From Setoptus koraiensis (taxonomy: Eukaryota; Animalia; Arthropoda), in assembly GCA_048013815.1 (NCBI GenBank), contig CM106585.1:23622001-23686000 (forward strand): DNA of 64,000 nucleotides, in the 5' to 3' direction. Positions 46,963-61,387 of this stretch are shown here, one piece after another. Both the position numbers and the translations under genes were made by a program. Below the pieces are notes generated by a model. It was not told the DNA's origin. It searched no databases and was given only the letters and a program-made list of their open reading frames with translations. Position 1 is the stretch's first letter, and each line of letters begins with the position of its first letter.

Positions 46963-49089
46963 TCAACAGATTATCGTTGGAGTTTCCTTGAGAGGCATAG
47001 TCGGAGTTTTTGTGATATTCAATCGCTGTTCGAGAAGATTCCTCTTATGTTGGCTTCTAATGAACCTTTCATCGAGGGGATCAAAGCCGTGGTGGTCGGA
47101 GTCGAAAACTGCCCAATCAGGTGTCGGTGCCATGTAGTCATAGCTGTCGAAATCTTGGCCAGTCGTTACCTGTTGTTCCAATAATCTGAAGAATTTCTCA
47201 TAGTCAATCCAAGTGTGCCATTTTCCATTTACTTTGAATTTTGTACTAGCGATTAAGGTGCAGTTGGAATGCTTATGCTCGCAAGCCAGCTCGTAGCTAT
47301 CTTTAGGTAGACAGCTCACAAGTTGTTGAGAAAAATCTACCACCTCTTGATGCCAGGGTACATTCTCCATTGTCAGTGTATTTGATTTGCTGGAACCACA
47401 AAATGTGACTCCTTTGATTTCAATGAGATCTGGCATTCCCAATCGTACAAGTTTTGCGTATCCTTCGACTTCGTCGATGTTTAAACGTTTTACTAAAGTC
47501 AATCTGAATACTGTTCGTTGCTTTTTCTCACTTATTATTTGCAAACAATCTAGAAATCTTTGCCAATAGTCTTTATATAGTGGCCGATCAATCTTCTTCA
47601 AAGAATCCTTATTAGAAGCATCAATTGAAACATAAAGTTGTGTAACGGGCACTAATACGCGCATAGCGTCAGGGAATTGAGCATTTGTTACCAAGAATGA
47701 TGATATACATTTTTCATGCAATATTCCCAGAAATTCGTTGATCTTAGGGTAGAATATTGGCTCGCCAACAAGTGATAGAGCGCAATGCCTCACCCTCATC
47801 GCCTCCTCAAATCTTTCAGGCACAACTCCTGGTACACCTTTCAATTGTTTGATCATTCTCAAATGATTTTCAATTCCTTGGTCTATGATGGTATTTGGTT
47901 CGTCCATTTTCCACTTCCATTCAGTACCAACTGGGTTCTTGTGATGTCTCCAACAAAATGTACATTTGGAAGCACATGCTAAATTTGGCGTCATCTCCAT
48001 ACATTGATAACTCTGTATTCCATAGAAGGTATGCTTGTAACAGCCTCCTCGACCTCGCAAAGAGTTTTTCGTCCATCTACACAATTTTACGGCAGAATGT
48101 GACTCAATCAATTTATATCCTTGCTTCGTTAGATCGGTACGCAATCTTTCGTTGATTTGTTCCTTAGTGAATTTCGAATAATCTACAACATCACTAGTTT
48201 TCTTTGTAGTGAATCTTTCAACGGTGCCAATTGTTGAGTCAGATTTATTGTTAGTTCCTCTATCTAGGGTAAGGTCCTCTATATCTGGCATTGCTACCTC
48301 TAGCTCTTCATCAGATTCAGATTCATTGGTACTTAATTCATCTTCTTCTGACGAGTCTTCGGCTTCATTTGTTTTATTAGGCTCATTCTCTAATTTCTCA
48401 GGGCAATTATATTCGGTTTCTGAGCACTTATCTAGTCCTCCGAAAACAGGGCCTATGTTGCTAACCCATTTTGAGAGTTGGTCGAATGGCAAGTCCGTGG
48501 CTGATATATCGACTAGTTTGGGAGCACTTAATGATTTTCCTCCAAGCTTTGAGAAGTAACTGTCTAATGTAAGGGCAGCTCGGCAAAAATTTGCCTTGTA
48601 GGCCGTGTCGCCGATTCCACACACTGCATAGTTCAAATCACTTAAGGTTGATTTTGACACACGGAAATCGTTCACATTGTCTTTTAACGACTGGTAGAAC
48701 CATTTACACGAGGTGGGTTCCCCGCCATCAATAAAGGTGGAAACCAGGAATATGTAGATATGATTCTGGAGCGATTCTTTCAGCAGGTCATCCAAATCCT
48801 GAAATTTAACCATCGATAATGGATATTCAATAAGGTTGAATGGATATTGCTGACATAAGTGGTCGTGTAGTTTCAAGGACAATTCTTTGCTCATTCCAGA
48901 TTGTGAACCATAGAAAATTTTCAACTTTCGGCCCGCCAAAGAACGTTTAGGGTCCTCAGTATTGCCATGAAGCTTTCTCTTTGATTGGAGGTATTTTACA
49001 ATATTATATCCAACAAATCCAATCACATATGCAGCTCCTAGTAACCTGACCGTTATAGGAACAATGTTGAATGCATTTACTACTGTCAT
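46963..49089 (-). CDS. TYW1: tRNA 4-demethylwyosine synthase TYW1 (flavodoxin plus radical-SAM), intronless, about 708 aa from ATG 49089
   Basis: N-terminal TM; flavodoxin IFYGSQSGMS...YAVCGIGDTAY; CYKHTFYGIQSYQCMEMTPNLACASKCTFCWRHH (CxxxCxxC); HCALSLVGEP; EIKGVTFCG. Confidence 0.97.
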   Translation of the reverse strand: MTVVNAFNIVPITVRLLGAAYVIGFVGYNIVKYLQSKRKLHGNTEDPKRSLAGRKLKIFYGSQSGMSKELSLKLHDHLCQQYPFNLIEYPLSMVKFQDLDDLLKESLQNHIYIFLVSTFIDGGEPTSCKWFYQSLKDNVNDFRVSKSTLSDLNYAVCGIGDTAYKANFCRAALTLDSYFSKLGGKSLSAPKLVDISATDLPFDQLSKWVSNIGPVFGGLDKCSETEYNCPEKLENEPNKTNEAEDSSEEDELSTNESESDEELEVAMPDIEDLTLDRGTNNKSDSTIGTVERFTTKKTSDVVDYSKFTKEQINERLRTDLTKQGYKLIESHSAVKLCRWTKNSLRGRGGCYKHTFYGIQSYQCMEMTPNLACASKCTFCWRHHKNPVGTEWKWKMDEPNTIIDQGIENHLRMIKQLKGVPGVVPERFEEAMRVRHCALSLVGEPIFYPKINEFLGILHEKCISSFLVTNAQFPDAMRVLVPVTQLYVSIDASNKDSLKKIDRPLYKDYWQRFLDCLQIISEKKQRTVFRLTLVKRLNIDEVEGYAKLVRLGMPDLIEIKGVTFCGSSKSNTLTMENVPWHQEVVDFSQQLVSCLPKDSYELACEHKHSNCTLIASTKFKVNGKWHTWIDYEKFFRLLEQQVTTGQDFDSYDYMAPTPDWAVFDSDHHGFDPLDERFIRSQHKRNLLEQRLNITKTPTMPLKETPTIIC

Positions 49090-49600
49090 TTCAATACTGC
49101 TGACCAGCTGTGAATGTATTAGATAGGTTATTTGCCTAACCAATTCGATTCTTATTGATCGGGTGTATTCGGACTTATCAATAAGAAATAAACTTATCGG
49201 TCAAGTTGTTTGTGACCTCATCACAGTTTTGAAAATGACAATTCTCACAAGTCTTGTCGGTGCACGATAAGAAACTTTTGCGGGCATTGTGCATCTCATC
49301 TGATATTTTTCGCTCCGCCGACACACCTCCGTCGCTTACACGCCCAATTTGTATGTACCGATCTGATGCGAGAAAACACGTTGCTCATTTTGCGAAGTGA
49401 GAAATCAATATGATTGTGCATTGACACAAGAAAAAACCACAATCGATTTTACAGTTTCCATTTTTTTGTTTATTTATTCTTTCTTTTCGAGCCTGAACAT
49501 ACAAAATATTATTATTATTAAAATCTATAAGATTACCTTAACAAATTAATTGTAGCTCTGAATTTGCAATTCACAGACAATCTAGGAAAAGATCAACAAC

Positions 49601-50847
49601 ATGGCCACCATTCGTATACCGACTTTTTCACCATTGAAACCGACTGAGCAGGTAAGATCGAGAAACCACTCCAATTCGTATAGTATAAATCAAGCTCAAA
49701 TCTCATCTTATACATGTTTAATTAATTTTTTCTTCATTGTTATATTCCTGTACAGTCCGAGCAATTGGTCAATTATCTTAAAGAATTGAACCCATCGCTT
49801 ACATTCACAGACAACAGCATTAAAGAGATTGTCTCGGCATGCAACCATGTTTTTATGGCCGGCAAAGAACAAGATGTGGAGTCAGTCCTCAATTCTGTCG
49901 TGACTTTGATAATTGAACTTCCCACTGCTCAGGATGAGTGTAAAACTGTTACCAAAGCATTTTGTCAACATCTCGTGGACGCACCAACAGACAGCCTTGC
50001 ATCCATTTGTCTTCGTGTCATTAAAAATCTGTATGATGGCCTATTTGAAAGCATAGATCTACGCTACGAGGCTTATACGACATTGGTGAAGCTCGCCACG
50101 AGGACCAACCAGCTTTCAGATGTATACAAGGATTTAGCATCGGTAAAGTCCAAGTATAATGCTAAAACAATAGGAGCTGAACGCACTCAGCAATTATACA
50201 GGCTATTACACGGGAGCCTTTTATCGGCAGGCAAAGGTGATTTGGCTTCACAAGTAATGATCGAATTACTTGGAACTTACACCGAAGAGAATGCGTCACA
50301 AGCTAAGCAAGATGCTGTTACATGCATCGCATCCTTTCTCAAAGATCCCAACACTTTTCTTATGGATCATCTATTGACATTGAAACCCGTCAAATATTTG
50401 GAAGGAGAGCCCATTCATGATCTATTAACAATATTTGTCTCGGAGAAGTTGCAAGAATATGTATCTTTCTACCAAAAGCATAAATCTTTTGTAGAATCTC
50501 TTGGTTTGTCTCACGAGCAAAACATGCAGAAGATGCGATTGCTTTCTTTTATGCAGATGGCAGAGTGTAAGAAAGAAATAACTTACGACACAATCCAAGA
50601 GGAGTTGCAGCTCGAGCCAGACCATGTTGAGCCTTTCGTCATAGATGTTTTGAGGACCAGGTTGGTCAGAGCTAAGGTGGACCAATTGAACCAGAAAATT
50701 CTTGTACAATCAACCATGCATAGAACATTCGGAAGACCACAATGGCAACAATTGAGGGATGTCTTGAGTGAATGGAAGAGCAATTTCTCACACGTCGAAC
50801 AAACCATCAAAGCAGCCGTCAAAGGCCAAGAGACAATATCAAACTAG
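49601..50847 (+). CDS. EIF3M: Eukaryotic translation initiation factor 3 subunit M (PCI domain); exons 49601-49651, 49756-50847; 380 aa
   Basis: MIELLGTYTEENASQA..DA..CI...LKDPNTFLMDHLLTLKPVKYLEGE.IHDLLTIFVS; KMRLLSFMQMAE; STMHRTFGRPQWQQL. 104-nt intron. Confidence 0.96.
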
Positions 50848-50985
50848 AATTCATATGTAAACAATAAATGAACTAGTTAACCAGAACGAGATGACTTATA
50901 TTGTTTTTATTTTCAAATCCTACACACGATCGCCTTCGCCATTATAATTATCAGCCTTACTAGAGGATGTTGCTGGATATTGCAC

Positions 50986-51789
50986 TCATGTGTTAATAAC
51001 TCTACTTAGTTTTTGTATGCGATTTAGTAGAATATCTCCTTGTTTAATACATCTTTGATACTGGTCGTTTTTACTATCGGGCCGGTTTGTCTCAACGATG
51101 CCATTCACCTTATCTATTTTGCAATGTAGTCTACCATCAGCTATGAATCTTGCGAGTTCGGCTTCAATAAATTCAGGTGTGGTACCGAAAGCTTGAGCCA
51201 TGTAAGCAAGAGTGAGACTCCTGTATGAACCTATCAATTGAGAGTATGCAAGTATCCTCATTTCGCGCACATAATATCTATAATGAGGTGATAAGTATCT
51301 ATCTGTTTTAAGGTACCCTTCTATCCATGCTAGTTTCTCAAAAAATTTGGAATATTGACAGTTGTAAAGAGAGAACAAATATTCGTATATATCGGGAAGG
51401 TCATGTAGCACTTCCAATATTTCGGAGCCTTTGATAACTTTCGATCTAAGCTCTACTCTAGGCAAGGCTATCATGGAAGCTATCACAGTGTAGCCAACAA
51501 AAGTTTTGTAATCGCATAATTCATAGCAAGTGAACGTAGAAATGGTGTCGAGAAACAGCGCTGATGCTTGCTTGAAGTCACGCACTGCTAAGCTATAGAG
51601 ACCTTGATACACTTTAAGGCGGTTCTTACGATCCCAATCACCTCCTTCTTCAATTAGAGCCTTGGCTTTATCTAGATTGGCCGCTACCTCTTGGTGGTTC
51701 AATGAGAATAAACCTGCTTTCAAAGTCTCAAATAGTGCATCAAGTCTGGTTCCAATGGATTCCATTTTCTTCGGCTCGGTAGGCTCCAT
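50986..51789 (-). CDS. PSMD6: 26S proteasome regulatory subunit Rpn7/PSMD6, lacking the usual N-terminal region (267 aa)
   Basis: [25 protein letters not shown]; [27 protein letters not shown]; [42 protein letters not shown]. An in-frame TGA lies four codons before the ATG. Confidence 0.9.
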   Translation of the reverse strand: MEPTEPKKMESIGTRLDALFETLKAGLFSLNHQEVAANLDKAKALIEEGGDWDRKNRLKVYQGLYSLAVRDFKQASALFLDTISTFTCYELCDYKTFVGYTVIASMIALPRVELRSKVIKGSEILEVLHDLPDIYEYLFSLYNCQYSKFFEKLAWIEGYLKTDRYLSPHYRYYVREMRILAYSQLIGSYRSLTLAYMAQAFGTTPEFIEAELARFIADGRLHCKIDKVNGIVETNRPDSKNDQYQRCIKQGDILLNRIQKLSRVINT

Positions 51790-53670
51790 TCTTTTGGTCC
51801 TTCAATTGTCCTTTTTTATGTTTCAATTTGATCTCTCAACTATAGAGGGATTTTTTATTTATTTATTTATTTTGAATATATTTTTGAGATGGATTTTCAA
51901 AAAAAAAAATAAACTGACTGATTCAACAATAGTCTATCCTCGTGGTGAGGACAATTCTTTTTGGCCCTTCGGAGGCGCGATATTCAAATAAATAAAAAAC
52001 TGAAAAATGGGATTTTTTTCTCATTTCCCGGGGTGATGAATTATGTTTTCTTGTTCCCCAGAAACAGGATAGGCTGGAGTCACGTTGAAATCGGTGTCAT
52101 GCTCAACGGGTTTACCTTGTGAGTCGATTTTCACAAAGACCCAAGACCCTGAAATGGGATACCTCCTTGCTATGCAATCAATGGATTTTCCCTGAAATCA
52201 GTTGCATTACGACGGATTTATGGGAAATAAGCTCTAAAATGGATAACCCTAATGATGGTTGATCACGCATGAAGATTTCAACTGAACCCTGGATGTAACA
52301 CCGTGAATCTTGTCACATCGGATTCAGCACGCACACAAACATACTGACACACACACATGTTAGAATCTGTGGGACTAAAAAGTAACCGTAGCCTAACACA
52401 CACACACTCACACACAAAGAAGGACAGACAAACGCACACTCATTCTAGCACACAATACCAAAGAACAAAGACAGTGACGAACGCTCTTTGCCTCTGATGA
52501 CATTCCTCATGTTTATATATATATCCTATCGATATACATTATCATATAACAGTTATGGAATTCACGAGGTGGTACTGCCCACAAAACTACTTAAGTTACA
52601 CTAGATTTGTCACTAATTAAATCTAGTGTTGCATTTAACTGTATAGTATTGTGGTGTCATCATTACCATCATGAGAATATATATTATTTTAAATCATTAT
52701 TAAACGCATGCTTTTAACACTTGTGGAATGCAATCAATTATCAGTAACTTTAGCTCATGGATACTGGATTATTTATACCTGAGAAGCAACAATTGATTTT
52801 CGCTGATTGCTAAGGAGGACTTTCTTTTCATTCTCAGTTTCGCCATTTCGATTTTGTGTTTGTGATTAATATAAATGCAACAGCGGAGATAACCAAACAT
52901 TCAACACAACCCGTATATCTACACATTGTCTGCCATCATATGAACTAAATCAAATCAACCCAAGAGAAGATTCTACCAATATAATCATTATTTTATTATA
53001 ACTATCGTTCTATTTTATTACTGCTATCACTATTTTTATACCGATTCTTATTATTTCAAACATATCATCAAACACAGTATTATTAATATGGTTTCGCAAT
53101 ACATGGACCATCTACTTTACTAAGATCTATTCGATGATATAACAAACAAAAACACCAATCAGTCTGTCGCAGTTATCGATTATTAAAAGGAGACAACTGC
53201 CACTCAAGTACAGTAATAACAACAATTTGTTTTATTGTTATAGACAACTAATTAATGAGCGTCATCGCAACAATCACATCATCAAATGTGGACGAACGCT
53301 CAATTCATCAGTTAGGATCATAGATAAAAATAATCATATTCATTGTGTGAATGATCAAGACGCCACCATTATCATATCATCATCATCAGCGAGAACATCA
53401 TCATTCATTCGGCGCCGCTATTAACTGATATATAAATGGTTATCGATATCATTGTCAGCGCAGCCTTTATTGGAATAGTGATCGTTGGTTGTTCTGTCGT
53501 TTTCCTCCTCGGCGACGCCAATTTTATTTTTACATCGCATCATAATTATATATAGATATATATACATATATTTTATCTTATTTATTGACAACCACATTAC
53601 ATATCTATATTTAACATTTTATTCCGCCCGTAATTCACAATACTACAATTACCTCAAACACTGTCCAATC

Positions 53671-55862
53671 ATGCGACACCAAGCTCAACAACACGGAACG
53701 AGGCCCTCTAGATCGCGTGAGAAAAATGCAGTATATGCCTCACTCAGAGGCTGTTGGGATAGAATCTCGGCACGTATTAGAGAGGTTCTCGACAGCTCTG
53801 AACCTAACGATTTCAGGGTCTTTAATAGACCTTCAAATGCTAATGAGCAAAGTCTTCCTGAAGGTTTCCAAAAGCGAAAGACAGCTGAGGGCCAAGTTTA
53901 CTTTTTACACACAATAAGTGGTCAAAAGACTTGGTATGACCCCCGGGTCCCCAGAGAGCTTCTCAGCATGAGCTCCATCAACATTGATTCACTAGTTGGG
54001 AAACTGTCATCTTTGTGGGAGGTTAGATTCACGTCAAACGGAAAATGTTATTTTGTTAATCATTTAAAAAAAACTACACAGTTCACTGACCCTAGACTCG
54101 TCGCCAACAAAGAGTTTCTGATGTCAGTACTCAATAAACGCGTCAACAATAATATGATGGTATCTAATGCCATTCCAAACAATTGCCATAGCCATCGATA
54201 CAGAGAGGAAAATAGGAACCATCCAGAGGTACCTATACTTTCTTCACATTTCTTACCCTCGGCCTCTAATTCCGGACCATTGAATGATAACAAAGGCAAT
54301 TCTACTTTGATGAGTCAATCTTCCATATCAAAAAGTAGAAGGAAAGAAGCTCCACCCCATTATAATGCTTCGCAGAATATAGACCCTCCAGTATACTCGC
54401 CCAATAACAACACTGCATCATCACAAAATCATGCAATCACTTTCAATAATACTACTAAACCCCCAAATAGCGACACCAACCCCCTATCGGTTTGTGCGTC
54501 GAGGTCACCAAATCTAAACAGTTGCCCTCAAGATTCCAGATATCATCCCACTCACTCGCCCAAAATTAGAGACAACTCTCTCAAAAAACCTGATGAGCCA
54601 CAGAGTTCAGGAACTAAGAGAAGCAAGGAACTTTTCGATAAAATTGCGATACTACGTCAAGAACTGCATAGTCTACAGGTACCTTCTGGGCCGTGTAGAA
54701 TAGAAGTAAGCAGAAAGAGTGTCTTCGAGCACTCTTACAGAGCCATAACGTTATTGAAGCCGAAGGATTTGAGGAAGAGGCTGATGGTCAAATTTAGAGG
54801 GGAGGAGGGACTCGACTACGGAGGAGTGGCCAGGGAATGGCTTTATCTTCTTTCACGTGAAATGTTGAACCCAAATTACGGTTTATTTCAGTACACTAGA
54901 GACGACATCTATAGCCTTCAAATCAATCCAGACTCAGGTATTGCCCACCAGGATCATCTTTCGTATCTCAAGTTTTGTGGTAGAATCATGGGCTTGGCTA
55001 TTTTCCATGGTCATCACCTTGAAGGATGTTTTACACTGCCTTTCTATAAAATGATTTTAAATAAGCAAATTACATTGAAGGATATTGAACATGTCGATCC
55101 AGAGCTATACAGAAGTTTGTGTTGGATGTTATCTAATCATATTGAAGGTGTCATCGATACTACATTCTCTGTAGAGCACAATGCTTACGGAGTGATACAA
55201 GTTCATGAATTGAAAGAAGGCGGCAAAGACATTCCTGTCACTGAGGAGAATAAGGAAGAATATGTAGCTTTATATGTTAACTACAGGTATAGAATGGGTA
55301 TCGAGCAACAGTTCAAATCATTCCAGAAAGGCTTTTACGAATTGATTCCTCCACATTTAGTACAACCATTTGATGAACGGGAACTAGAAGTAAGTCATCT
55401 TTCACAGTTTCGACTGTCTCATTTCGTTCAGTTAACACAAATTCTGACTTTTCTATTCTATATATTCCTATTCTTCAGCTTTTGATCGGTGGTCTATCCA
55501 AGATAGACATAGAAGATTGGAGACAAAACACAAGGCTTAAACACTGTAACGTCGATACACCTTTAGTCAAATGGTTTTGGAAATTAGTAAAAGCTTACGG
55601 AGAAGACATGAGAGCCAGATTACTACAATTTGTCACAGGCTCGTCTCGCGTACCACTTCAGGGTTTCAAGGCTCTACAAGGAGTAAATTCGGGTCCACGT
55701 TTATTTACTATCCATCTAGTTCAGGACGCCTGCACGGACAATTTGCCTAAAGCTCATACTTGTTTTAATAGGATTGACATACCCCCTTATGAAAGTTATG
55801 ATAAACTCAATGATAAGTTGACTCAAGCTATAGAGGAAACTATCGGTTTTGCTGTTGAATAG
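53671..55862 (+). CDS. Smurf: Smurf-type HECT E3 ubiquitin ligase (2 WW plus HECT, no C2 seen); exons 53671-55389, 55479-55862; about 700 aa
   Basis: WW LPEGFQKRKTAEGQVYFLHT.SG..TWYDPRVPR and WEVRFTSNGKCYFVNH..KTTQFTDPRL; HECT GPCRIEVSRKSVFEHSY...RLMVKFRGEEGLDYGGVAREWLYLLS; catalytic LPKAHTCFNRIDIPPY. Confidence 0.92.
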
Positions 55863-56393
55863 ACTTTTAATAAATAATCTCAGCAAACCGAGAATAGAAA
55901 ATTTCTCAATTTATACTTATTACATACATATATTTATACACTTCCGAGACCAGGCAAGCACTTGCATTTTTCCATAACTTATTGACTGTTTTCAAAACAC
56001 TTTGATTGAATCATCACTCAAGCCACCTAGCTTGGGAAACCATGTTATACAGCAGTGAGCAAGAAGCGAAAAAACTGAATAGATTATCTTATGCTACTGT
56101 CACTCAACTCGTCTCTCAGGTTAGAGTACAGTAATGAAAAAAAGAAAATGCTCTCAGTCGAATCTCAGTTCTTATGAATACAAATAGAAAATTCGACTAA
56201 AAAAGATGTTGAATAGAGCAAGCGACAATTCAGGTTAAGCAGTTGAGAATCCTTATTTTATAGAAATATAATGCATTAATGCTATTAGTTGTTTAATCAT
56301 TAGAAGTAATAATGAAACGTAGAAAAAAAAAATGTCTGGATGGACAGTCGCAGTAGGCCCTCTATAAATCAAATTAATTGGTCTTCATATTAA

Positions 56394-58202
<1,809 letters not shown>

Positions 58203-61200
58203 TTACTATTGCATTTCAATAATAGACTCTTTTCCGGAGCTTGGTGAGAATGTCTTGGTTCTTCTGATAAATTTATCGGAGCATCACCTGAGGAATGCTG
58301 AGTTTTAGTTGTTGTACAAGAATAGCATGATGTGTAAAGAAAAATGCAATTTAATAGCCGATTCAACAGTTGAATAAGACAGTCATATCTGATAGTAGGT
58401 CAGTGAGGTTCTTCCAGGTCGGTGATATTACTGTCTTAATAATATTACTATGGGTGCATTTATAACCGAATACAGATTATTAATGGGCTATAACAATAAT
58501 AATAGATATAATAGGTCCTACGTGCAAAAACTGTCAACCTCAACTAATACTGTCTTCTCATTTTACCTTGTAAATGAGAGAAGTTCCTGAGGACGAATGA
58601 AATAAAAAGCAATATTCGACGTTGAGAAATATTACTATGCATATAAGATAATTAATATTATTACACCGCCTTATGGCCGTTTATCTGATGGTCTGGTCTA
58701 GGTTTGTCTGTAGCAGTCTATACAGCCAGTAGTCGGAATTCCCGAATAAATTTTTCTCTTGCAGCTGTGATATCTGGAATGGCAACAACAATTCATTCAT
58801 CCATACCAATTGTATTACTACCACCACCACCATCGTCACTACCACTGCTGCTGCATAGTATACCTACGGTTTGATAGTTGTTGCTATGGTGTGACGTAAG
58901 GTATATGATAAGCAGCAGCAGCAGTAAAGGCAGTGTTGAACTAGCGCACTAGTTGTTGTTACTGCTGTTGTTACAGCTTGGTCCAAAACCAAGATTATGG
59001 CCAATAAGATTGCTGTTGTTGTTGCTGCTACCAATACTGTTTTGATTGTTGATTCTTTTTCTTCTTGCCCAGTCACCTGTCTATCTGCTGCGCACAGTCG
59101 TCATTTATAAATAACTGCCATTACCTGTCAGTGTTCAAGATACTTTTAAAAACCCATTCAAGTTGGCACTCGTAGCTTAGGCATCATCACTTTGCTTGGA
59201 AGGGCAATTTTTGTTTGACTCACAACTATCATTATTACTCTTACTGTATTACGATTGTTGACTACATTACATTGGAATGTTACATGATGTTTTATCACAT
59301 TGGTGCCACAGTAAAGTCGTGGGAGTGAACAAGTGCAAATCGATCGAAAAATGAGCTGAACATTTGATTGCAACATCAACAAGTGAGTGCGACCATAAGA
59401 CAGATTAAATCTGACGCTTTTCTGTTGGCAGAATAGTGAAGAAAAAACAGCTCGTAGAGGTGACAGCAGAGTTTGTCAAGATTACTCTTGAAATCGCCTA
59501 CAGTTATGATTAAATTATATACGTTATGTACATTTAAACGAACTTCTATAGAAAATTGCGCGCTATCCTCACTTGCATTCATAATGGATACTAGCTTGTA
59601 GATTGATTATCGACTCACAATTGTCAATCATGTCTCAATTCGCTTCTGATTTTATCATGTCACCAACAGTATTCTTTATTCTTGTTGTTGCCAGAGAGAA
59701 GGAGAGAGGGTTAAACTGAAGGTGTTTCTGTGATTTTACCCCGAATTTGCAACGACGCCTCACGAAATCTTTGGTGAGTTTAGTGCCAGCAAATTTTCTA
59801 CTGGGCTTTCCTATATCAACCAGCCATGGAAGCTTCCGTTTCGGCATAGGCTGTCCACGCTCGCTTCTGTTGCTGTTTCGGTTTGCCTCTATTAGTCACT
59901 ATTCTATTCTTCGCTGACCCAAACTTATCGGAGCTTTTCCTCCCAAAACTCTCTTTCCTATGCAGAGAAAATCTAGCTTTGTTTCCATTTTCACCACTAA
60001 CGAGTTTCTCTGATACTTTCGCTGCATCCGTTAACAATTGCTTCCCTGTTAATTCTAGAACAAAAACAGTCAGGACCGGCCACAACACAAATAATTCTTC
60101 GCATAAGTCCCATGATTATATTCGCGTTTATTTCTTTCTGCTCAATGTTACTCTTTGTGACCCTGCATTCATCGCCGATCTCTTGAGATTCTCAAATTGA
60201 GAACAATTTTTTTTCTGCAGCGCTCATTTTCCCGTGTTCAGATTGATTGTCGGATACTATCTGTATGAAGTATTTACTTGCACTTGTAAGATACGCGTTC
60301 CAGTTTCAATGCCATTTGTCAGATGTGAATCTGAGCGAGTTTAATCTTATGCCTTGATATCTTTATACATTCTTTGTATTACTCCAAAAGTCATCCGTAC
60401 TCAATTTCAATGTGATGGAAGAAACTCATCTCACAAATGGCTTTGTCAAAGGTGAATAGGAAACGAAAAGATAGAAAATCCATAAATCCATCCGTTTCAC
60501 CCTCCCCAGTCCGAAAACTCGCAGGGGGCTCCCCATTGCCAACATGAAAACGGGGAGGCGTATGGAAAATCTCCCATCTCTTCAACTTGAAAAGCGGAGG
60601 TGGGAGGGAGAGGCTTTCCTCCCCGATCACTATTCTCCCCCTTGAGCACTGGCATGCGCCGCCGCATCCACTCGAATTTCTATACATCCTGTTTTCAACA
60701 TGTAACAGCTGTTTATCTCCATGCTAGAAACAAGTCGATCAATGGTTTGTTTCATTTGTGTGAGTGTTGCAATGGTCAAGCGACTTCTTCGAGGAATTTT
60801 CACAGTATATTCACTGTATATTGATAAAGAAAGGAACTTCTGCCACCAATAATGCTAAGCTAATTTAATCATCAACAGCAACATCGCAAACAACAACAAC
60901 AATATATGCAATCCACCACTGAATGTTGTTGGCACTTGGCAGCCGAGCTGAGAAGCTCGACTAGCTGCCAACACGCAAGCTTATCTCAATATAATGTTCA
61001 GCAGAGAGCGGATGGTCAAGAACAGGAATTATCAACAAAGAAGAGACGACAGTAATGATGAGTCGGACCGATAATTACTACGGAAGCAATCGTCCAATTT
61101 CAATGTTTCAAACAGACGACGCAATCGATGTATAAATGATGTTGTAATTCACAAGACTATGATTGCATCATCGTGCTCACACAGTTCCACAATCCTTGTC

Positions 61201-61387
61201 ATCTCTAAGATGAAACACCAACAAACACACTATTCACTGTGAACAGAACTTGCTATTATCGCAAGGGACAAGGAGATGAACATAGAGAAACAATAAAAGC
61301 AAACAGAGATGAAAAAGAAGTGAGCGCAATTTGCAATCTGCAACACAAATAGTATTTTCAAAACAAATACAATAATAATACAATACA

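Noticed and set aside
49601-51789. Two PCI-domain genes (eIF3m and PSMD6) tail-to-tail
   Set aside because: Distant paralogs from different complexes; adjacency is most likely chance in a dense genome.
52020-52330. Possible transposase or RT fragment upstream of PSMD6
   Set aside because: Manual translation showed no DDE/D or RT motifs.
52527-53448. Two DRE motifs (TATCGATA at 52527 and 53441) upstream of Smurf
   Set aside because: About this number is expected by chance in AT-rich DNA.
59158-60200. Chain of short minus-strand ORFs upstream of KLC
   Set aside because: No recognisable family and no coherent exon chain.
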